This document shows positions 58,715 through 64,000 of a DNA stretch of 64,000 bases, in pieces. The stretch comes from Fibrobacteria bacterium (GTDB lineage: Bacteria > Fibrobacterota > Fibrobacteria > UBA11236), in NCBI GenBank assembly GCA_043745805.1, contig JAYTSD010000043.1, forward strand, positions 1-64,000, given 5' to 3'. The translations under genes were made by a program, and so were the position numbers. The notes beneath the pieces were generated by a model. The model searched no databases, had not been told where the DNA came from, and saw only the letters and a list, made by a program, of their open reading frames with translations. Each line of letters begins with the position of its first letter. Positions within the stretch are counted from its first letter, which is position 1.

Positions 58715-58730
58715 TGGCATGGGGATTGAT
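58715..58730 (+). promoter_or_regulatory. sigma-54-like promoter of porin-glnK
   Basis: TGGCATGGGGATTGAT (good -24 box, TTGA variant at -12). Confidence 0.55.
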
Positions 58731-58784
58731 GTAGTTCTGGTTATCAACCAATCTGCCAAAGGCAGAACCACCATAGGAGTAAGA

Positions 58785-59777
58785 ATGAATAAATCGAAAT
58801 TGTTATCGGTAACTTTAGCGATGTTGAGTTTGGGTGCCGCATCTGCTTTCGCGGAAATCAAAATCAATGATAACCTGTCGACATCAGGTTTTCTCGATAT
58901 GTCTATTTACGGAAAAACCCCCGATAAAGGTCCAAAAGTTTTGAATGCGTCATTCGACCAATTTGAATTGGATTTCATGTACAAATTTGGGTTTTTTTCA
59001 GCACGTGCTGATATTAATGCTCTTCCCTCGGCCAATCCACCTCTTCCTGGAGCACCAGCTGGTAACACTTCTGCAGTGTATTTAGAACAAGGTTTTATTA
59101 CTTGTGATTTAGGGAGCGGTGCTTCATTAGGTATGGGTCGATTCCTAAGCACATCAGGTTTTGAAGCTGCGGAACCAACTGGGTTGAATCAATATTCAGT
59201 TTCTAAGCTTTTAAACGGTTATGCTGGACCGACCTATGGTTACTATCAAAACGGATTGAATCTAAGTTATTCAAGCAAAATGTTTGGTCTATATGGTGCA
59301 GTAGTATCTGATTTGTGGGACCCACAAGAATTTGATTTGAAGACTCCAGGGTTTGAAGGCCAAGTTTCTGTGATGCCAATGGAAGGTGTTACTGCCAAGG
59401 CAACTTACCTTTATCAAGTCTATGATGACCCCACTCCTGCGAAACATGATAATCAATCTGAAATCAATGTATGGGCACAATATGCTAATGGACCGATTAC
59501 TGTAGCAGCGGAGTACAGTCATCTTATGGATTGGAAGGTTAAGGACGAAAGTGGCGATGGCTGGTTAGCAATGGCTAATTATAAATTTACTGATAAAATT
59601 GCAGGAACTTTACGTTATAGCGGAATCAAGATGAAAAGTCCAAAGGATCCCGACACTGAAATCACACTCAGTCCAAGTTTTGCAGTCAGCCCTAACTGGT
59701 TGGTGCTCGCTGAGTTCAGACAGAATATCGATGCTAAGGTAACTGAATATGCAGCTGAAAGTACATTCTCCTTCTAA
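58785..59777 (+). CDS. Outer-membrane beta-barrel porin (BBP2/OmpL-like), probably nitrogen-regulated
   Basis: AGGAG RBS before ATG 58785; signal peptide; DQFELD, LEQGFI, GFEAAEP; C-terminal Phe. Confidence 0.75.
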   Translation: MNKSKLLSVTLAMLSLGAASAFAEIKINDNLSTSGFLDMSIYGKTPDKGPKVLNASFDQFELDFMYKFGFFSARADINALPSANPPLPGAPAGNTSAVYLEQGFITCDLGSGASLGMGRFLSTSGFEAAEPTGLNQYSVSKLLNGYAGPTYGYYQNGLNLSYSSKMFGLYGAVVSDLWDPQEFDLKTPGFEGQVSVMPMEGVTAKATYLYQVYDDPTPAKHDNQSEINVWAQYANGPITVAAEYSHLMDWKVKDESGDGWLAMANYKFTDKIAGTLRYSGIKMKSPKDPDTEITLSPSFAVSPNWLVLAEFRQNIDAKVTEYAAESTFSF

Positions 59778-59810
59778 GCCAAGAGAATAACTTTAACCTA
59801 ACTCATATTG

Positions 59811-59833
59811 GGGTGAGGCTAACCACTTCACCC
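59811..59833 (+). terminator. Hairpin between the porin and P-II genes
   Basis: GGGTGAGG-CTAACCA-CTTCACCC followed by an AT-rich stretch. Confidence 0.45.
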
Positions 59834-59895
59834 ATTTATCTTTACTTAATGAAAAGCAAAAAAATAAAAGAAGTATATTAGTAGTGAACAGATAA

Positions 59896-60246
<351 letters not shown>

Positions 60247-60293
60247 TTGAGATGCCTGGTACCTTGTGGAGTGATCAACACTCCTCAAGATAT

Positions 60294-60857
60294 TTAAGCA
60301 GGATTTTTTTTACGGGTGGAATAGGGCAAACCACCATGTCGTTGCTGATAAGCAAATTTTGCGCGCGCCTTAAGTAAATACGACCAATACTCCTCACTTT
60401 TATAATCTCGATATGTCCATTCAAATGGTTTAAAGCTTCCGTCTTCGAAATACAAAGTGGGTTCGACAAAAATACCCTCGCGTAAATACACTCTTTGTCT
60501 TTGATCCTTGGTGGTCGCTAAAAAAAATTGCCCCAATGTCATATATCCTGGATCTAAATTCACCGGGCGTAAGCCATTTTCACCTAAGCTTAATTCCAGC
60601 TCATTGGTGGCTCTTTTAATTTCCACAATAGTTTCACGCGCAATGAGATTTTCATAAGAAATAAAGCGTCTAATAGGAGCCTCTCCCACCTCTTCGAGAT
60701 AGTAGTTGGTCCAAGTGAAAGGGATAAGAGATGAAACCTCCTCTTCAGGGCCATAAATGGGCCTTAACAAGGATTGGGCCTGCTCTAAAACCGCCTCATT
60801 TTTAGCTAATAACCCAATGATTAATTTTACTTTTGAGGGTAATTTATAGTGTCCCAT
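60294..60857 (-). CDS. DUF4416-family protein
   Basis: F.WTNYY.EE.G, RPVNLDPGY, LATTKD, WTYRDY. Confidence 0.75.
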   Translation of the reverse strand: MGHYKLPSKVKLIIGLLAKNEAVLEQAQSLLRPIYGPEEEVSSLIPFTWTNYYLEEVGEAPIRRFISYENLIARETIVEIKRATNELELSLGENGLRPVNLDPGYMTLGQFFLATTKDQRQRVYLREGIFVEPTLYFEDGSFKPFEWTYRDYKSEEYWSYLLKARAKFAYQQRHGGLPYSTRKKNPA

Positions 60858-60976
60858 GAATTCCGTAACATTTATCCTGCCGAAGGGCCTTAATTTTTGT
60901 AGATTGGCTGCCTTTAAAGTCAGTAAATCTAAGAAAATCTAAAAAAATTTAAGGCTGAAAGATAATATCCCAGCAT

Positions 60977-61321
60977 ATGACGCAAAATGCTTTTTTCTGC
61001 AAAACCTTTCAACGCAAAGGCCATTATGTGGCTGAAATCGGTGGTGATTTAACTTTTGCTTGTATTGAATTGCTTCGTCATGAATTTTCTGAGTTGCGTT
61101 TACAAAGACCTGAAAAATTAATTCTGGATTGCACGGGCGTAACCTTATTATCCAGTGTAGGTTTAGGAGAGTTCTCGCGTTTGATAAAATGGGGACTAGA
61201 TAATAACTGTACGGTAAAAATTGTTTGTTTATCAAATCATGTGGTAGAGGTTTTGGAAATATCAGGAATAACCGAAATGATTTCCTTATACCCTACTTTT
61301 GAATTGGCCATTAACGCTTAA
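60977..61321 (+). CDS. STAS-domain anti-sigma factor antagonist
   Basis: EIGGDL, LILDCTGVTLLSSVGLG, VVEVLEISG. Confidence 0.8.
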   Translation: MTQNAFFCKTFQRKGHYVAEIGGDLTFACIELLRHEFSELRLQRPEKLILDCTGVTLLSSVGLGEFSRLIKWGLDNNCTVKIVCLSNHVVEVLEISGITEMISLYPTFELAINA

Positions 61322-61383
61322 ATCCATGACTTTCATTTTTAATGAAAAGTTTTGGATAGCTTTGTTTTAGGAGAAAACTCGAG

Positions 61384-62541
61384 TTGGATACGAATTTTAA
61401 AACGGGTATTGCGGTGAAAAATACGGAAGATGTTTTTAAAGCGGCAGAAACGATTGCTGCGCATGGTGAAGTTTTAAAAACCAAAAAATTTGTGATTGGT
61501 TTTGATGGCTTTGTAGATGAAATTATTCATGCTGTGGCTACACGCAAAAACAAAAATGAATATGAAAGAATAAAAACCATCGCGGAATTTGGGGCACGTA
61601 TTTCCTCTGCAGCTGGTAAAAGTGCGAATATTGAACTCGTACCGCAATTGGTTAAAATCGGTGGTAATGGTCCCCTTATGGCTATGGCTGCCTCGGGTAT
61701 GGGCTGTGACGTAACCTGTATTGGCCTAATGGGCTATCCTACTATCCATCCCGTTTTTGATACTTTGGAAAAAATTTGCAAAGTAATTTCTGTAGGTAAC
61801 CCAGGGCATACGGATGCTTTGGAGTTTCTCGATGGTAAATTAATGTTGGGTAAATTGAATACCATTAAAGATATGAATTGGAATCGCTTGGTTGAAGTGA
61901 TTGGCAAAGAGGCTTTAAAAGCAATATTTGCTCAAGCTGACATGGTCGCTTGTACAAATTGGACGATGATCACAGAGATGGGCGAAATTCTCGAGCATAT
62001 TCACGATATTATTCCCGAAAAATCTAAAGCACATTTCTTTTTTGATTTGGCGGATCCGGAAAAAAGACCAGTTAAAGACTTAGAGCACATGTTGCATCAA
62101 ATTCAAGCGTTGAATAAAAAAGCCAAATGTGTTTTAGGTTTGAATTTACGCGAAGCAGAACAGGTAAGCCGTATCTTAGGGGTTACGGAAACACCTAAGG
62201 ATAGTACCGATGGCGTGCGTGAAGCCGCGGAACGCATTAGCACAAAAATGGGTTTACATGGCATGGTGGTTCATGCGGTGAAATATGCAGGTGCTTTTGT
62301 AGATGGACAAAGCGATGGCATTGCCGGACCCTATTGCGCTTCCCCTAAGCTTTCAACTGGTGCTGGCGATCATTTTAATGGCGGATTTTGCAGTGGGCTT
62401 TTGGCAGGCCTGGATGTTAAAGATGCGCTGTATAGTGGTGTAGGCGCTTCCGGTTGGTACGTGCGTAATGGGCGCAGCCCTAAAAACTCCGATGTGGTGG
62501 AATTATTACAAGATTGGGCTGGCGGTAATCTGCTTGCTTAA
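61384..62541 (+). CDS. PfkB-family carbohydrate kinase
   Basis: GFDGFVDEI, KIGGNG, STGAGDHFNGGF. Confidence 0.8.
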   Translation: MDTNFKTGIAVKNTEDVFKAAETIAAHGEVLKTKKFVIGFDGFVDEIIHAVATRKNKNEYERIKTIAEFGARISSAAGKSANIELVPQLVKIGGNGPLMAMAASGMGCDVTCIGLMGYPTIHPVFDTLEKICKVISVGNPGHTDALEFLDGKLMLGKLNTIKDMNWNRLVEVIGKEALKAIFAQADMVACTNWTMITEMGEILEHIHDIIPEKSKAHFFFDLADPEKRPVKDLEHMLHQIQALNKKAKCVLGLNLREAEQVSRILGVTETPKDSTDGVREAAERISTKMGLHGMVVHAVKYAGAFVDGQSDGIAGPYCASPKLSTGAGDHFNGGFCSGLLAGLDVKDALYSGVGASGWYVRNGRSPKNSDVVELLQDWAGGNLLA

Positions 62542-62588
62542 CTATAGGCAACTCAAGCATAAAAAGAGCTAAGCTGAACCAAAAAGAT

Positions 62589-62622
62589 AAGCTAGGAACT
62601 TCCGAGTTACCTAGCTTTTTTT
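62589..62622 (+). terminator. Rho-independent terminator between convergent genes
   Basis: AAGCTAGG...CCTAGCTT followed by a T run. Confidence 0.75.
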
Positions 62623-62632
62623 ATGCCAAGGT

Positions 62633-63892
62633 TTAAAGGCTTTCTTTGGTGGGTAGCGATAAATTATTGATAAGCGATAAGGGGCGTGCGGCGCACCATG
62701 CAATAGCTTGAGCAAAAGTTTTTTGCCAGCGAGAAAAGACTAAGCCCTCGAGATATACTTTTCCTTCAGTAGCAAAAATATTTAAGGCGGTATTTTTCCA
62801 AGGGCCAAAACGGCGTAATGCAGAAGCAACCTTTAGCTCATTAGACTTCTCAATAGAAGTAGGGGCTAAACAAGTAGCAATAGAAGAGTTCAAGCCTTTT
62901 AAGCCCGCAATGCAGCCCAAGTTTTTTTCTAAGGCACGATAGGGAAGCGGTTGACGAGATTTTGCCCATAAACTAACATGCCCATTGCGTATTTGTAAGC
63001 GTATATCAAATAATTCTAAACCATGTGTACAAGACAATAATTTTTGACGAATTAAGGTGGCTAATAAATTATCGGCTAAGGGATGAGGTGGGTTGATAGA
63101 TATTTCATTTAATACGGCTAGAACCTGAGGATGCCTTTCTGTTTTTTCGGCAAACTCTAAGGCCTGTTCTAGGGATTCGCTTTCACCTTGTAAGGTTAGC
63201 ACTCCACTTTCAAAACTCGCACGAAAATTACGAATATGAAATTTTTCCGCTTCTTCGAGGGCTATATTCAACCAAGGTAATTTTATTGAAACAAAAGTTT
63301 TATCAGGTGACTTAGATGTTACCTCTTTAATATTGCCGTTTTCCAGTTGAATGAAAAATATTTTAAGGGGAGCATGTACAATGCCCACTAAAGTTCCTGG
63401 CAAGTTTAGCTCTTCATCGAAAACGGCATCTCCCACGCGACCAGAATCTGTTTGCGAAGGAAAAAGCAAAAACTTTTTTTCCAAAGGCATGGTTTCCCGA
63501 GGAATGGGGGGTAAAAGCATTTCCGCTTTTTCGCCATTCTCTAATTCAAAAGTAAAAGTTTCTTTATCGCCAATACGAAAGCGTGAGGCCACAATTCCTC
63601 TTTGGGAAAACTCAGGGAGAAAAACTTTATCCCTTACAGCTAAACGTGAAAGATGAGGGATTTTAAAAGTGAGCGATGGTTCTTCGGAATATTCGGGGAA
63701 GTCGGTGAAAAAAAGAATTTTTTTAGCCGCGCATTTTTTGCAAATACAAAGCACGCGATGTTTGTTTTGCGATTCACTTTCTTGCCAAGGATGATTTGCC
63801 GCTTGCCGCAAATGTATTTCAACTTGATTGCATGGTGGGCAATAAAGTGAACTAGGTTCTAACTCAAATGTATATCCAGTGATCATTAACAC
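62633..63892 (-). CDS. BON-domain protein with N-terminal Cys cluster and two SH3/KOW-like repeats
   Basis: CPPC...CICKKC; BON-like GVLTLQG..VLAVLNEI, GHVSL and GKVYLEG..LINNL. Confidence 0.6.
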   Translation of the reverse strand: MLMITGYTFELEPSSLYCPPCNQVEIHLRQAANHPWQESESQNKHRVLCICKKCAAKKILFFTDFPEYSEEPSLTFKIPHLSRLAVRDKVFLPEFSQRGIVASRFRIGDKETFTFELENGEKAEMLLPPIPRETMPLEKKFLLFPSQTDSGRVGDAVFDEELNLPGTLVGIVHAPLKIFFIQLENGNIKEVTSKSPDKTFVSIKLPWLNIALEEAEKFHIRNFRASFESGVLTLQGESESLEQALEFAEKTERHPQVLAVLNEISINPPHPLADNLLATLIRQKLLSCTHGLELFDIRLQIRNGHVSLWAKSRQPLPYRALEKNLGCIAGLKGLNSSIATCLAPTSIEKSNELKVASALRRFGPWKNTALNIFATEGKVYLEGLVFSRWQKTFAQAIAWCAARPLSLINNLSLPTKESL

Positions 63893-64000
63893 ACTTTCAT
63901 TATACAGTATGGATACTCTTCATGAAAAGTCCAAAGAAGTAATATTTAATATACATGTACTACTCAGAAAAGAACTAGGGTCTTTTAACCCTATCCTAGT

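Overview
Low-GC Gram-negative bacterial chromosome segment, most likely FCB group/Fibrobacterota. This is an inference from T9SS-like sorting domains, a PorV-like gene, a REP-like repeat and the gene content. From left to right: (1) the 3' end of tag and a fitAB/vapBC toxin-antitoxin pair; (2) three secreted enzymes (SMP-30 lactonase-like, GH55 beta-1,3-glucanase-like, PQQ sugar dehydrogenase-like) with a REP-like inverted repeat; (3) a minus-strand housekeeping run mfd-ppiC-surA-methyltransferase-ftsE-aroA-dacB::DUF1460 fusion-fur; (4) an accessory patch between mfd and tRNA-Lys(TTT) holding an AAA/DUF4143 ATPase, an RHH-PIN TA pair and an unannotated MqsR/MqsA-like pair with its own operator; (5) an MBL hydrolase, a PorV-like gene and a Wzx/Wzy polysaccharide locus; (6) a six-gene TtpC-type TonB cluster and bfd; (7) a ~14 kb nitrogen-scavenging region (amtB, urtABCDE, ureD-ureAB-ureC-ureF-ureG, porin, P-II) with sigma-54 promoters and a shared TGACA-N12-TGTCA motif, whose urease and accessory proteins look plant/fungal-like; (8) DUF4416, STAS, PfkB and a multi-BON protein. 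No CRISPR array, integrase, transposase or rRNA was seen. All family calls come from motif recognition by eye, not from database searches.
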